NCBI GenBank assembly: GCA_037440805.1
Contig: JBBITK010000002.1
Span: forward strand, 1 to 61,886
Source: Arcobacter sp.
Lineage (GTDB): Bacteria; Campylobacterota; Campylobacteria; Campylobacterales; Arcobacteraceae
Reading direction: 5' to 3'
DNA length: 61,886 bases
Shown here: positions 61,488-61,886 of the stretch, piece by piece
How positions within the stretch are numbered: position 1 is the stretch's first letter
Layout: each line of letters begins with the position of its first letter
The notes under the pieces: generated by a model
Told to the model about the DNA's origin: nothing
Databases searched by the model: none
Seen by the model: only the letters and a program-made list of their open reading frames with translations
Made by a program: the position numbers and the translations under genes

Positions 61488-61886
61488 TTTATGGCTCCAA
61501 TTTTTAGAATATCATTCAAGTAGTGTAAAACAGTTGGTTCAAATTTATTAGTAAAAATTTCTGGATAAATTCCCATTATAAATACAAGTAATACCCAAGG
61601 AATAAGACCTAAAATCTCTTTTATTTTTAAATCTCTCATTACAATTTCTTTACTTCCATCAGATCTATCTTGTAAAATAGCTCTTTGAAACATCCACAAC
61701 ATATATGAAGCTCCAATAATTACCGTTAATGCTGAAATATATCCTAATGCATGATTAAATTCATATATTCCAAATATTATAAGAAGTTCAGAAACAAAAC
61801 CATTTGTTGAAGGAAGTCCAATATTTGCAAAAAGCATGATGGCAAAAATAAAAGTAAAAATAGGTGCTTTTTTAGCTATCCCACCT
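61484..61886 (-). CDS. nuoM: NADH-quinone oxidoreductase subunit M (5' part outside window)
   Basis: GGIAKKAP...[14 protein letters not shown] and MGIYP. The frame is open to the window edge. Confidence 0.9.
   Translation of the reverse strand, partial: GGIAKKAPIFTFIFAIMLFANIGLPSTNGFVSELLIIFGIYEFNHALGYISALTVIIGASYMLWMFQRAILQDRSDGSKEIVMRDLKIKEILGLIPWVLLVFIMGIYPEIFTNKFEPTVLHYLNDILKIGAIK

Overview
AT-rich chromosomal segment from a Campylobacterota member, most likely Arcobacteraceae (Arcobacter/Aliarcobacter), judged from gene content and order. Most of it is housekeeping: tal, class II DAHP synthase, gatC, tgt, dapC, murC, dprA, ilvC, rnr, holA, rpsF-ssb-rpsR, cysS, nusA, miaB, the prpB-prpC-acnD-prpF methylcitrate operon, tex, a nitrite/sulfite reductase, a dynamin-like pair, frdCAB, nuoN and a partial nuoM. 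No rRNA, tRNA, CRISPR array, integrase or transposase was seen. Most notable: (1) a stand-alone ZorA/ZorB-like (MotA/MotB-superfamily) pair followed by an unannotated 39-aa ORF ending in a MinD-like amphipathic helix; (2) an integrase-free Phd/YefM-RelE toxin-antitoxin islet of about 0.6 kb flanked by a diverged duplicate of the tex 3' end, next to an MNT antitoxin whose probable HEPN partner is cut to 24 codons; (3) an XRE-HTH protein divergent from prpB, a candidate new propionate regulator; (4) a 116-bp-period multi-hairpin tandem repeat upstream of tal; (5) a long GCAA-capped leader hairpin upstream of an M42-like peptidase; (6) a possible fused PilM/N/O-like protein; (7) an MFS gene frameshifted at a homopolymer. 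All family assignments come from motif recognition by eye; no searches were run.
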